Source: a virus (taxonomy: Duplodnaviria; Caudoviricetes). From it: DNA of 64,000 nt. The DNA lies in the IMG/VR virus record IMGVR_UViG_3300043765_000163, positions 1,750-65,749 of that record, one strand, 5' to 3'. Made by a program: the position numbers and the translations under genes. A model generated the notes under the pieces. The model saw only the letters and a program-made list of their open reading frames with translations. It ran no database searches and was not told the DNA's origin. This document shows, one piece after another, positions 47,388 to 58,700 of the stretch (positions within the stretch are counted from its first letter, which is position 1; each line of letters begins with the position of its first letter).

Positions 47388-49835
47388 ATGGATTATACCG
47401 GAGCAATCAACGTCGATATTCAACCGGCTGGTCCGATTGATGTAACCGTCGATTTTACGGGTCCGGAAGGGCCGCAAGGGCCGGCTGGCCCACCGGGATT
47501 AGTCGGGCCCCCCGGCCCGGTTGGACCAATCGGCCCGATTGGACCATCGGTATTTAGTCGGACTACACTGAATTTTGTTGCGCCGGCAATCGGGGCAACG
47601 GTACCGGTTAATGTCGATAGCACAGTCTGGATGGCTGTAGGACAACCGGTTTATATATCCGGGGCTGGTTATTACACGATTGAAGTAATTAATTTTACCA
47701 ATGTTATAACTGTCATGAATAGCGGCGATCCGTCTAACGTCGCCGCTGGAACAACAGTTTCGGCTGGATCCGCTATTACATTAAGTGGTTCAGTCGGACC
47801 AGCTGGACCGGTTGGACCAGCTGGACCGGTTGGACCAGGGTTAGAAATAACCGGTACAGTTGCAACATCGGCTAACTTACCGGCAACCGGATCTCCAGGA
47901 CAAACCTATATCGCACTGGATACCGGGCACGGTTGGAATTGGAGCGGAAGCGCATGGGTTGATATCGGTCCAATTCGAGGTCCGGCCGGCCCGATTGGTC
48001 CAGTGGGGGCGACTGGACCAACTGGCGCACAAGGAAATGTCGGGCCAGCGGGTCCGATTGGACCAGGTGGACCAATTGGATCAACTGGAGTGCAAGGTCC
48101 GGTTGGCCCACAAGGAAATGTTGGCGCGACTGGGCCGCAAGGAGCCGTTGGACCAACTGGTCCTATCGGTAACACCGGAACAACAGGACCAGTCGGACCG
48201 ATGGGGCCACCCAGTGGTACAGCGGCTTATTCCAAATTAGCAGCGACATTCACTATGCCGGCTGTAGCCGCATCAGCTCCAGCTAGTTTGGTCCCCGGGG
48301 GCGGCGCCATGTTCAGTGTCGGCCTGATCGTATTTGTTTCGCCGGTTGGTTATTTGAGTATTACGGCAATCGCTACTGACACGCTCACCTTACAAAATCT
48401 AGGGTATACGGTTAACCAAGCGGCCGGTTCCACTGCGCTCAGTGGTAACACTGTAACTGGCACAGGTCCGCAAGGACCGCAAGGTATAACCGGCGCAGCC
48501 GGCGCACAAGGTATTCAAGGACCGCAAGGTGTAGCCGGTTCCCCTGGTGCCATTGGTTCAGCTGCGACGGTTGCTATTGGAACCACTACAACCGGAACAG
48601 CTGGTTCACAGGCTAATGTGACTAATACCGGCACTGGAAGCGCTGCGGTATTTAATTTTACAATTCCAACCGGGACACAAGGTCCAGCTGGTACCGCCGG
48701 GGCAACCGGGCCAGCCGGTGCGGCGGGATCACCCGGGATACAAGGTCCAGTTGGACCAACCGGTGGAACCGGATCACCCGGTAATGACGCGTTTACGACT
48801 GTTAACACCGGTTTTACTGTGCCGCCAGTCGGTCAAACCGTGACGATTTATGTCGCCGATTCGACTTTTGCCACTATCGGCGAACTGGTTTATGTCGCTG
48901 GTGCCGGCACCGGCGGAACTCAAGCTGGCGCGTTACAGGTTACAGCCAAAGCCCCCGGGCAATTGACATTATTAAATCCGGTGCCGCCTCCGGCTATTCC
49001 GCCAGCGGATAATACTCAACCTGGGTTACTGAACAAATTATCGGGAAACAGCACCGATTATGTCGGAGGCGATAACAATTGTCATACGCTTAACGCGGTC
49101 CCAACAGGAACAGTTCACGATTTTGCCGGGCCATTAACGGCGGTTCCAGTCGGGTATTTAGGATGTGATGGCACGATCTACAACATTTCCCAGTATCCGA
49201 CTTTAGGTGCGCTTTTAGGTGCGACTTTTGGTGGAGACGGTACAACTACATTTGCTGTGCCGGATTGTCGAAGTCGAAGCTCGATTGGTTCCGGGCAAGG
49301 TACCGGGCTAACCAATCGTGTATTAGGAGCAAACGGCGGCGAAGAGACACATGTGTTGTCGGTCGCGGAACTTGCCAATCACGCTCACGGTTGGAACGAT
49401 TCCGGGCACGCTCAATATATTCAAGCGCATGGGCATGGCTGGAGTGATTCAAATCATAACCATGTTTTGCCGGTACACGGCCACGGCTGGAACGATTCCA
49501 ATCATTACCATGCTATCGCAAACTTAGCCGGTAACGGTAATATGACGGGTGGTAGCCAAGCGTCATGGAACCGAGGCGGCGGCAATACTAATACAGGTTA
49601 CGAAAGCAATGTTGTCGGTTCGGTCGCAAATGCCGCCGCCATGTGGAATAACAGCATTGCATCAACCGCAGCGACTTATGGTGGACCATCAACTTGCGGC
49701 AGTGTCGATAACATGGGCGCATTTTGGTCGGGTGGCCCAAACGTCGCAGTCGGTTCGGTTGCGGCAAATGGCAGTAGCACCGCGCACAACACAATGATGC
49801 CTTTTATTTGTTTCAATAAAATTATAAAAACCTAA
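47388..49835 (+). CDS. Collagen-like tail fibre with C-terminal collar domain and His boxes
   Basis: GPx runs, three copies of the repeated module, GYLGCDG..YPTL..TFAVPD collar motif, HGHGW repeats. Confidence 0.85.
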   Translation: MDYTGAINVDIQPAGPIDVTVDFTGPEGPQGPAGPPGLVGPPGPVGPIGPIGPSVFSRTTLNFVAPAIGATVPVNVDSTVWMAVGQPVYISGAGYYTIEVINFTNVITVMNSGDPSNVAAGTTVSAGSAITLSGSVGPAGPVGPAGPVGPGLEITGTVATSANLPATGSPGQTYIALDTGHGWNWSGSAWVDIGPIRGPAGPIGPVGATGPTGAQGNVGPAGPIGPGGPIGSTGVQGPVGPQGNVGATGPQGAVGPTGPIGNTGTTGPVGPMGPPSGTAAYSKLAATFTMPAVAASAPASLVPGGGAMFSVGLIVFVSPVGYLSITAIATDTLTLQNLGYTVNQAAGSTALSGNTVTGTGPQGPQGITGAAGAQGIQGPQGVAGSPGAIGSAATVAIGTTTTGTAGSQANVTNTGTGSAAVFNFTIPTGTQGPAGTAGATGPAGAAGSPGIQGPVGPTGGTGSPGNDAFTTVNTGFTVPPVGQTVTIYVADSTFATIGELVYVAGAGTGGTQAGALQVTAKAPGQLTLLNPVPPPAIPPADNTQPGLLNKLSGNSTDYVGGDNNCHTLNAVPTGTVHDFAGPLTAVPVGYLGCDGTIYNISQYPTLGALLGATFGGDGTTTFAVPDCRSRSSIGSGQGTGLTNRVLGANGGEETHVLSVAELANHAHGWNDSGHAQYIQAHGHGWSDSNHNHVLPVHGHGWNDSNHYHAIANLAGNGNMTGGSQASWNRGGGNTNTGYESNVVGSVANAAAMWNNSIASTAATYGGPSTCGSVDNMGAFWSGGPNVAVGSVAANGSSTAHNTMMPFICFNKIIKT

Positions 49836-49839
49836 ACAT

Positions 49840-50121
49840 ATGGCAGCATTACAATGGTTAGAGCCAATTGAAGCCGCTATCCCGGCTGAAACTGAATCAG
49901 GATTCCCCGGGGTACCGCCTAGTCCGCTTCGAGTGGCGGCAAGCAAGCGAACAGATTACCGGATTTATTTAACTCCGGAAGATACTTATTTAGTAGTGGT
50001 AACTATTGCCGCTCGAACCGGGCCGCTAAGTACAACTTACCAGTTAACACAAACAGCTGCTTCTGAAGAAGAAGCCAAGGCAATAGCGCAAGCTGATTGG
50101 GATAGCGGTAAACGACCGTAA
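49840..50121 (+). CDS. Small protein between fibre genes (possible assembly chaperone)
   Basis: 93 aa; called from position only. Confidence 0.55.
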   Translation: MAALQWLEPIEAAIPAETESGFPGVPPSPLRVAASKRTDYRIYLTPEDTYLVVVTIAARTGPLSTTYQLTQTAASEEEAKAIAQADWDSGKRP

Positions 50122-50127
50122 AAATTT

Positions 50128-50946
50128 ATGGCTAATCCAGTCGCAATTCCAGGTACCCCTGTGCTAGCTAACGCCTTAGTCACTCCAGGCGGAGCGCAAG
50201 GTATACAGGGTATTCAAGGGCCGGCAGGACCAACTGTGATTTCGACTGATGCCGGTAACGTAGCAACACTGGGTAGCGATAGCAAAATTTATGTGCCGCA
50301 CATTTCTAGTGTAATCGCAATCCAAAAATTTACTGCTTCCGGTACTTATGTACCGTCTACCGGCATGACCAGATGCATTATTGAATGTTTGGGCGGGGGC
50401 GGCGGTGGCGGCGGTGTGACCGGAGCGACTAACATTTATTGGACCGCTGGCGGAGGTGGCGCTGGCGGGTATGCGCGCCGGCTGGTTACCTTGGCACAAA
50501 TTGGGGCATCACAAACTATAACTATCGGTGCCGGTGGTGCCGGCGGTGTTGGCAACGCCAATGGTACAGCAGGTGGAGCAACCAGTGTTGGCACTTTTTG
50601 TGTTGCCAACGGCGGTGGCGGCGGTAATTCCGGTGCAAACGGTTGTGGCCCGGGGCTTGGTGGCGCTGGAACCACCGGAGATTTTCTTGCTTACGGCGGC
50701 ACCGGGCAAGGCGGAACTTGGAATGCGCCTAATACTGTCACCGTGTTAACCGGAGGGGGCGCTAACAGTCTGTGGGGTGGCGGCGGTCAATCAGTTCTGG
50801 TTGGCAGTGGCACAGCTGGTACTGGCGCTCCGGGTACCGGTTACGGTTCAGGTGGTGCCGGTGGTGGCGCAAACAATTATACAACTGTCAGTGTAAATGG
50901 CGGTGCTGGCGCACCTGGGTGCGTTATCATTACCGAGTATGCGTGA
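50128..50946 (+). CDS. Short fibre with Gly-rich C-terminal domain
   Basis: [19 protein letters not shown] and FTASGTYVPS..CIIECLGGGGG, homologous to the C-terminus of 15912..18446. Confidence 0.8.
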   Translation: MANPVAIPGTPVLANALVTPGGAQGIQGIQGPAGPTVISTDAGNVATLGSDSKIYVPHISSVIAIQKFTASGTYVPSTGMTRCIIECLGGGGGGGGVTGATNIYWTAGGGGAGGYARRLVTLAQIGASQTITIGAGGAGGVGNANGTAGGATSVGTFCVANGGGGGNSGANGCGPGLGGAGTTGDFLAYGGTGQGGTWNAPNTVTVLTGGGANSLWGGGGQSVLVGSGTAGTGAPGTGYGSGGAGGGANNYTTVSVNGGAGAPGCVIITEYA

Positions 50947-51473
50947 TGAACACGTTTTTCATATGTTCATTGCCTCGCAGCCGGACAGCTTGGCTGGCTA
51001 ACTTTCTTTGTTACGATCCGTGCCATTGTTTCCACGAGCCGTTCAACGAATACGCCATTGAAGATTTGCCCGAGCTTTTCCAGTCTACTAGAAAAGAGTA
51101 TGTCGGAATCAGCGACAGCACGAACACACTCTTTATTGAGCCGATTCTTAAAGTGTTCCCGAGCTCTAAACTGGTCCTGATTCGGCGGCCCAGTCACGAA
51201 GTAGACCAACGCATGCGAGAGCTTGGGTTACCATGTCACCAATTGATTATGCGCTTGGATTCGATTCTAGATGAGATCGAAGAAAACCATAACCCGCTGG
51301 TGGTTAACTATCATTCATTCAATGCGTCGGCTATCTGGGCTTATTTGATACCGGAAGTACCGCTCAATATCGAGCGATTGAAAATGCTTGAGACATTCGA
51401 TGTCACCGTACCTAAAACGATACTGGTCCGGAAAGGATTAGAGTTCGTTAAAAAACATATATTAGCGGAGTAA
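50946..51473 (+). CDS. Sulfotransferase-like P-loop protein
   Basis: ATG overlaps the upstream TGA; FFICSLPRSRTAWL resembles the 5'-PSB loop PRSGT; also HEP and LIRRP motifs. Confidence 0.6.
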   Translation: MNTFFICSLPRSRTAWLANFLCYDPCHCFHEPFNEYAIEDLPELFQSTRKEYVGISDSTNTLFIEPILKVFPSSKLVLIRRPSHEVDQRMRELGLPCHQLIMRLDSILDEIEENHNPLVVNYHSFNASAIWAYLIPEVPLNIERLKMLETFDVTVPKTILVRKGLEFVKKHILAE

Positions 51474-51477
51474 ACCT

Positions 51478-52359
51478 ATGGGAATACTTGGAGCAGCCAT
51501 TGGCGCAGTCGGTTCCATTGCCGGTGGAGTATTAGGCAGCGGCATATTGGGCGGCGGCGGCGGTATGTCTATACCAAAGGTTCACTTGCAAGAAGTCAGC
51601 CTTGGTGATCCCAATCAATATTTCGGTCAATACACGCAGCAGCTGGCCTCCTTTCCCGGAGTCGAGAGTTTTACCAATAAGGTTAACCAAGCTGACATGG
51701 ATCAGTATACCAAGCTGCTTAACCAGCTGTATCCGGGGGCGACTACGCAGTTGGGTACGTTATCCAACTTGGCTTCAAGTTATTTGCAAGGCAATATCCC
51801 GGCTGATGTTCAGTCTCAGATTCAGCGTGCGACTGCGCAGCAATCGTTACAAGGTGGTTATGCCGGTACTGGCATGGCAACCAATCTGACGGCGCGCGAT
51901 TTCGGGCAGACCAGCATGCAGTTGCAGCAGCAAGGAGTGAACATGTTTGGAACCGGTGTAGGGATCGCTAAAGGCATGATCCCCGGGTACATATCCCCCG
52001 GTTCACTCTTGTTCAGTCCAGCGCAACTGATGGCCCGGAGCGATCAGCTGAACTATTACAATACCGATATTAGAAATCAGCAACAAATTCTTAATGCCGG
52101 CTACGAACAGATGGCTGCTGCCATGGCGCAGCAATCGCAACAACGGCAACAATCCGGGTTAGGCAGCATGATCAGCGGGTTATTCGGTAGCGGTAGTAGC
52201 CCAAGCGGATTTTCCAAGATGTTAGGTGGCGGTTTGAGTAACCTCTTTGGTGGCGGTAGTAACACTAATCCTTATTTCAATCTGAATACGGCTGACCTGA
52301 TGGCGCAGGAACAAGGGTTTAGCAGTTATGCGGCCGGTGAGGCAGCTGGTTATATTTAG
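51478..52359 (+). CDS. DNA ejection / pilot protein (P22 gp7-like)
   Basis: Gly/Ala-rich hydrophobic N-terminus and Gln-rich body. Confidence 0.65.
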   Translation: MGILGAAIGAVGSIAGGVLGSGILGGGGGMSIPKVHLQEVSLGDPNQYFGQYTQQLASFPGVESFTNKVNQADMDQYTKLLNQLYPGATTQLGTLSNLASSYLQGNIPADVQSQIQRATAQQSLQGGYAGTGMATNLTARDFGQTSMQLQQQGVNMFGTGVGIAKGMIPGYISPGSLLFSPAQLMARSDQLNYYNTDIRNQQQILNAGYEQMAAAMAQQSQQRQQSGLGSMISGLFGSGSSPSGFSKMLGGGLSNLFGGGSNTNPYFNLNTADLMAQEQGFSSYAAGEAAGYI

Positions 52360-52370
52360 GAGATAACTGT

Positions 52371-54098
52371 ATGGCAGCAATTGGCGGCGGCGGCGGAGTT
52401 GAATTGATTGAACCAGGCGGCGGCGGTGGCGCGCAACAGATCGCTAGACCTGTGGCGGCACCTAATTATCCGGACATGTACGCCCGGACTATTCAAGCAG
52501 CGTTGGAACCGGCTAAATTTTCTTGGGGCACTTATGTCCAGAGCCAGGAACTAGCTGATAAACTGCAAGAACTCAATTTAAAAGGTGGCGAACTGGAAGA
52601 AACGAGACGCCGTAACCTAGCAGATGAAGCTAATAAAGCGCTGGAGATGACTTTAACCAGCAAGAGATATGACGAGGAAGCGCGGCATAATAAAGCGACT
52701 GAAGATTATTACTCTAATGATCTACTGTTTAAAGAAGATCAAGAACGAGAAACTATCCGGCATAATAAAGCAGATGAAACTCGGGCAGCTGATGCCGAAC
52801 GGCTTGCTGAAAAGAAAGAAGAACACGAGGAAACTTTACGGGCATCTCAAGAAGCTGATCAGAACGCTTTACGGGAGATGCATTTGGAACAGCTTCGGAC
52901 CAGTAAAATGGAAAATGATAATTACGTCCATGATCTGGGAGTAATAGATAAGTTTAAGATGGCGGCACGCGCCTTTGGTCCAATGGAGCATTACAACATT
53001 GAAGATAATCCTGAGTTACAAAAAATATATCGTGATGCTTTGTCAGACATCCGAACTGATACCGGTAAAAAAATGTTTGCTGAAAGTACCGGAGGAATAG
53101 GTGGACTAGGTGAAGAACTCAATATGCAACATGAGAAAGCGGGTTTCAGTCCGGAAGCGCAAAGCGAGTTCAGGCGCTCTTATAATGATGGTGTACGCGA
53201 TAACCCGGGGTTAGGGCATCAGCAGATTTTTGAGAACGCGTTTAACGCAGCTAAACGCACACAAGCTAATGTCGAGACACGACGCGGTTGGGGTATGTCC
53301 GGTAAAGCTATGTACGATAAAGCTATTGCCGCCGGTAAAGATGAAGCTACCGCCATGGCTGCCGGTGAAAGCGCTAATGAACAAGAGAAAGCTGGAATCA
53401 AATCGGCTACGACATTTACTAAACGCACTGATGCTGAGATCGCTAAAGCTACTCAATCCCCGGATAATCCTGAAGGTGAATTGATTCAATTAACTGGTGA
53501 AACTGATGCCGACTTCCAAGTGCGGCAAGCGCGCGTCCGGAAAGAAATGCATGAGTTGCGTGATAACAATCAAGATCCGCAACTAGCGTTGGATAAAGAA
53601 AACGAAAAAACCATCAACGCTAATAAAACGCCAACTGGAACTGCGCCGGCTGGAGCTAAACCTGGAACGCCAGGGTTTATGCCAACTCCCAGTAAAGAAC
53701 AAACTGAAAAAGCTGCACAGAATTTACAGCCGTTTGTCGGTGGCGGTAGCGGCAAAGCAGTTACGGTCGGTACCAGCGGCAGTTATCCTGTGACAAAACC
53801 ATCCGGAGAAGAAGAACCAGCACCAGAACTTCCCTTTGCCGGTCGGGTAGTAGGCGGCGGCGGATTACAATTTGAGGAAGGCCAATGGAAACCGTCTGAA
53901 TTTTACGGCACAAGCGGCCGAGTGGCCGGCGCTGAAATGCGAATGGAAAATACGCCTTGGAGCTGGCTTTATCAAAATATTCAAGGGCCAGGCGAATTTA
54001 CGCCAGCTGTTACACCGCTCGCCACATCGTTACTCGGTGGAGGGCAACCGGAAACCGGTCAACGAAAGATTTTCGGTATTCCAATCTCAGGACCGTAA
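52371..54098 (+). CDS. Internal virion (ejection) protein
   Basis: Charged coiled coil with repeated EExRHNKA; position in the ejection cluster. Confidence 0.6.
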   Translation: MAAIGGGGGVELIEPGGGGGAQQIARPVAAPNYPDMYARTIQAALEPAKFSWGTYVQSQELADKLQELNLKGGELEETRRRNLADEANKALEMTLTSKRYDEEARHNKATEDYYSNDLLFKEDQERETIRHNKADETRAADAERLAEKKEEHEETLRASQEADQNALREMHLEQLRTSKMENDNYVHDLGVIDKFKMAARAFGPMEHYNIEDNPELQKIYRDALSDIRTDTGKKMFAESTGGIGGLGEELNMQHEKAGFSPEAQSEFRRSYNDGVRDNPGLGHQQIFENAFNAAKRTQANVETRRGWGMSGKAMYDKAIAAGKDEATAMAAGESANEQEKAGIKSATTFTKRTDAEIAKATQSPDNPEGELIQLTGETDADFQVRQARVRKEMHELRDNNQDPQLALDKENEKTINANKTPTGTAPAGAKPGTPGFMPTPSKEQTEKAAQNLQPFVGGGSGKAVTVGTSGSYPVTKPSGEEEPAPELPFAGRVVGGGGLQFEEGQWKPSEFYGTSGRVAGAEMRMENTPWSWLYQNIQGPGEFTPAVTPLATSLLGGGQPETGQRKIFGIPISGP

Positions 54099-55787
54099 AT
54101 GAACGGCGATGTTGCTTCCGCTTTAACGCCACCGCCTCCGGGTTCCATCGGTAGCGGCGGTACAGATTTTATCGGGGGCAATGAGCAACAACAAGCGCAA
54201 ACGACAACTAGCGCAGCCACTACGCCCAGTGTGCCGCCGCCGCCGGCCCCGGTTACAGCAACAAGCCCACCGCAACTGGAACAACTGGGTGGCGGCGGTG
54301 AGCAAGGAATTTTTACGCCTAAGCACGCCGATTATTTATCCTATAGTGAGAATGCTCAGCATGGGATGAATGATCTGCAAAAGCTTATGCAGAGCATTTA
54401 CGCTAATGCCCGGGATCCAACTCGCAACCCGGAGATTGGGCATAAGCTTGATACTGCGCCGGTATCAGATTATGCGCCAAAAGCTCAGCTAGTTTCAACT
54501 GAAGATCCACAAACTAATGTTGACGGGTTTAATAAGTTGCACGGCTGGGCTACCACTTTCGGGCTTGACCCTAATACAATAGTTAACCCGGATGGAACAG
54601 TTGATGGCAAGTATTGGGATAAGGGCGATAACGGTTGGGGTGTGTTCGGGTATAACACGCGTGATCCTAATCTGATTGGCGCATCGTTACCGGTCGATGT
54701 AGTCAAAGCTTCAATTGGCGATTATACCAAGGATCCGGCTATTATCAGTGAAGTTAAAAATGGTAACTATAAAGTAGCAATTACCAATGCTGACGGTAAA
54801 ACCCAAGTGGTCAAGCTAGTGGATACCGGGCCGGCTAACTGGACTGGAAACTTAGTTGACCTGACTTATGGCGCGACCAAGGCGCTTAAGCTCAGTGGCA
54901 AGGATATGGTTGATGTACAGTTGATTGGTCCGAACGGCGGTACTATCCCGATTAAAGGGTTTCATCCCAGCACTTTGACACGTCGGGTACAACCAGCTGG
55001 TGAGGCGCCGACCCGTGAAGCTGAAACTGGCAGACCAGAGGAAGAAACTGTTGGAACAGGCGTTGCCGATTACTTCCGTAAACGAGGTGATACGCCGATC
55101 AGGTATGCTAATGATCCTAGGTTAACTACGGTCAAGGCCGGTGATCAAAGCTGGCAAGTTCATCGGGAAGCAGCGCCATATTTCCAAGGGTTCCTTAACG
55201 AACTGGCTTCCCAAGGCGCCCCGGTTCGCTCCGATGGCGGCTGGGTTTATCGGGAAAAAGTTGGCGCTAAAGGAATCTCCGAGCACGCTTATGGCGGAGC
55301 GATTGATGTTAACCAAGAGGGTCGAAACGAGGTGACCCCGGAGTTTCGTAAATGGATCGCGGACCATCCAGGCGCTCTGCAAACAGCGGAAAAGAAATGG
55401 AACATATACGGCGGTGAACGGTTCGGTGATCTTGGACATTTTGAATGGGGCGGTGTCGGTACTTCCGGTTTGCTTCCTCCTAGTATTCAAGAAGCTGAAA
55501 CTAGAAAACTAGCTGAAGCTGGAAAACCAGCTGAAGCTGAAGAACCGACTGCATCTGATAAGGAATTATTAGACCGGCATGATGCACTGGAACCTGAGCA
55601 ACGCCGGAACTTAGCCGATCATTTCAATGATAAAGAAATGGATCAGCTTAACGAAGCGTTAAAGACTCGTACGCAATATCGCGAGGCTGCTAGGATGCCG
55701 AAAAAAGTTAAGCAAGAGTTTTTAGAAAAGCCCGGGTTAGAAAGACCATCCGGGCCTGAAACCGAGTATAAACCGGAAACAACTTAA
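54099..55787 (+). CDS. Internal virion protein with RlpA-like DPBB and M15 peptidase domains
   Basis: VKLVDTGP...VDLTYGA (DPBB); SEHAYGGAIDVN...GHFEW (M15 zinc motif). Confidence 0.75.
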   Translation: MNGDVASALTPPPPGSIGSGGTDFIGGNEQQQAQTTTSAATTPSVPPPPAPVTATSPPQLEQLGGGGEQGIFTPKHADYLSYSENAQHGMNDLQKLMQSIYANARDPTRNPEIGHKLDTAPVSDYAPKAQLVSTEDPQTNVDGFNKLHGWATTFGLDPNTIVNPDGTVDGKYWDKGDNGWGVFGYNTRDPNLIGASLPVDVVKASIGDYTKDPAIISEVKNGNYKVAITNADGKTQVVKLVDTGPANWTGNLVDLTYGATKALKLSGKDMVDVQLIGPNGGTIPIKGFHPSTLTRRVQPAGEAPTREAETGRPEEETVGTGVADYFRKRGDTPIRYANDPRLTTVKAGDQSWQVHREAAPYFQGFLNELASQGAPVRSDGGWVYREKVGAKGISEHAYGGAIDVNQEGRNEVTPEFRKWIADHPGALQTAEKKWNIYGGERFGDLGHFEWGGVGTSGLLPPSIQEAETRKLAEAGKPAEAEEPTASDKELLDRHDALEPEQRRNLADHFNDKEMDQLNEALKTRTQYREAARMPKKVKQEFLEKPGLERPSGPETEYKPETT

Positions 55788-55789
55788 GC

Positions 55790-58700
55790 ATGGCTGAGGA
55801 TACCACAGCAACAATTGCAGTACCGGAACCAAAACCTAAACCGGAACCGGAGGCGGCGCCGCCAAAAGAAGCTCTAACTGAAGATCTTCTGTCGCCACTG
55901 CAAAAAGGGATTGTCGATCGTGTCTCAGGACAAATCGGTATAGGCCCGGCGCAACCAGCGGTTAAACCGGCGGCAGCAGAAGAACCGCCACCGGGAACAG
56001 TGATCCCTAGCTGGGATCAGATTAAAGGTTCTGACACGTTCAAGAACGCTAGTGACGATGATCGGCGCGGCATGCTGAACAACTGGTATAACCTTCAGCA
56101 GTCTAACATAAACCAGAATGCACCAAGCCCGGAAGAACGTGATGAAGCGATAAAACATTTAGACCAATTCATGCAACATGAATCGGTTGCCAGCTTGGAA
56201 CGTTACGGCGCACTCAATTTCCCAATGGATATTGCGCATGGCGCAATAAGCGGGACTGCAAGACTAGCACAAGAAGCGGTTACCACAGTTGCTCCGGGGA
56301 TAGCTAAGCCATTTCGAAAACTGGAGAAATACACTGAAAAAAATGTATTAGCTCCAGATGCAGCATGGGAACAAGAACATCCGTTCTTTCACACCATAGC
56401 CGATGCCATTGGTAACGCAGCGCCGTTCATCGCCGGCACAATGGCAGCTGAAGCAATTACAGGCGGCGCAGCTACACCGGTAGTCGGGGCGGCAACTGCC
56501 GCGCGCATCGGTAAAGTGGCAGCGTGGGCTACTGATGCCACTATGCAACTGGTGGACACGTTTCAATCTACCAAGCAACGAGCTCTAGCTAAGATCGATG
56601 AACGGCGAAAGAACGGTGAAACTATTTCGGCAGCTGACGGTGATCGAATGGCGAATGATGACGCATCCATGGCGTTAAACGGTGTGCCGTTCATGACGTT
56701 CAGTAACATGATGATAAGCCGGATAGCTGGGCACGGTATGGATTTGAATACCGCTAAAGGTTTTTGGAATCAGTTTAATAAGAACGTGTTGCAACCCGGC
56801 ATTAAAGAGTTTGCCGGGCAAGTCGGAATCGGCACCGGTGTTAACGCGTTGAACGCTTTAGCGGATCAGTATAGCGGCGTCGATAAAACCGGAATTACAC
56901 CGGATGTACTTAAACAAGGCGCATGGATGGGTGTCGGTTACGGCGTCATGGGTGCCGCTATGCGCGGGGGCAAGTTCGGGATGGAATGGACCGGGGCACA
57001 AAACGCTGTCAATAAACTGACTGATGGAGCCAGCGCAATAGCTGAAGCCCGGATGAGACGAGATCCCGGGTTATCCACTAAAGACGCGCATGAACAAGCG
57101 GTTAACTTGTTTCCGCCTAAATTACGAGATGGTATCCGGGCCAAGCTAGCGCAACGTGAAGCGGCTAAAACATTAACCGATTCAGCAATTAGTTCGGATG
57201 CAGCTAAGAGTCCGCAAACCAGCACCGAACTTTCCAAGCAAGCTGGTGAAGCTGAAAAAGAATCTACTGTCGCACCGCCGACACCGCCGACACCGCCGAC
57301 ACCGACACCGGGCGCCGAGGAAGCGGTCCGTCAATATCCAGAAGATATTGAGCAGCGGATCATTAAAGAGATGCTGGCTAACGGGCATATCACCCAAGAA
57401 CAGCATGATCAGTTGATGGGTGAAGTTGAAGCCGACCCTGGCACCACCATGGGCAAATTAACTGACATGGTGCGCGAACATGCGCCACAAGCTTTGCCCC
57501 AAGTTGAAGCAGATTTATTCGACTTACGTAAACACGCGCATAGTACCGGGCCACTCTTTGAAGGAGAAAAAAGAGAGCCCTTATCGGATGAACAAGAACA
57601 ACAACGGCAAGCTGAACAAGATCAAAAACTTTTAGAAGAACAAGCTGCTAAAGCCCAACAAGTTAAGCCAGCGCCGGGAACAGTTGACGCGTTACATCAG
57701 GATATTCAAGACGCAGTAACGGCTGGCCGAATTACACCATCAGTTGGAGCGGATATTGTTCAGACTTTAAGAACAGATCCAACCAAGGCTGCGCAACAAC
57801 TATCTGACGCGCAAGGGGGTAAACTGGTTAGAGCTCCAACTGTGTCTGCTGAAACAGCACCAGTGACTGGAGCAGCACCAACACCAGCTGTAGAAGCTGC
57901 CCCGGCTGAAGCTGCCCCGGCACCCCCGGCAACTGAAGCTGATCAACATGCGGCATTAAAAGAAAAGGTTACCGATTATCTCGGGTTTGATCCGAGTAAG
58001 ACCGGGTTAACTAACGAGGAAAAAGGTCATCGCCAAGATTTAGCTGATGAATTCTGGGCACAGATTAACGCGGCTAATCCGTCCGAAGGACCAATTGCTG
58101 CCCAGTTGATGCATCGCTTAAAGCTGGATCCTAAACGGTTTATGGGTCAGCGCGGGGAACATCCGACTTGGGCTGCGCATACCGAGCAACAACGTCGGGA
58201 TATGTTGGGAAAATTTAATCAGTTTCTCACTGATAAAACTGCGGCTGAAGGCCGGCTACGGGAGAAAGCGCGTCCGCCTACTGCAATCTCGAAAGAAGAT
58301 TTCTTTCGCATGGCTGACGATAATGATGCGCGCGGGTTGCATGACTTAATAATGGGCGGTCAGAGTTTGACTATACCAGCGGACGAGCTCGAACCCGGCA
58401 GTGCTCACGATAGATTTTTAAGTGACAACGATTTTCATGTCGATCTGGTAGGCGACAATTATGTCATCGGCGGGATGAGAGATACGCCCGGCGCTTATGA
58501 GCTGATGCAACAAAAGTTGACTGAGGCTAAAATTAAGCGAGGACGCGGCCGACCAGCTCAACAGGTATATTCGCCGGCTCAAGTTCAGCCTGAGTACAGT
58601 GCTAAGACGGATACAATGGAAAAGCATCCGGCTGAAGAAGCGCTTATGACTCGGGATCGACAGATTGCCGAACGGATTGGCGCTAAACACGGGGCTGAGG

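Noticed and set aside
50772-50945. 58-aa N-terminal extension of the sulfotransferase-like ORF
   Set aside because: Out-of-frame reading of the Gly-rich fibre end; the coupled ATG at 50946 is the better start.
14054-50946. Diversity-generating retroelement or invertase-driven fibre switching
   Set aside because: No reverse transcriptase or recombinase in the window, and the paralogous fibre segments are diverged at all bases, not only at adenines.
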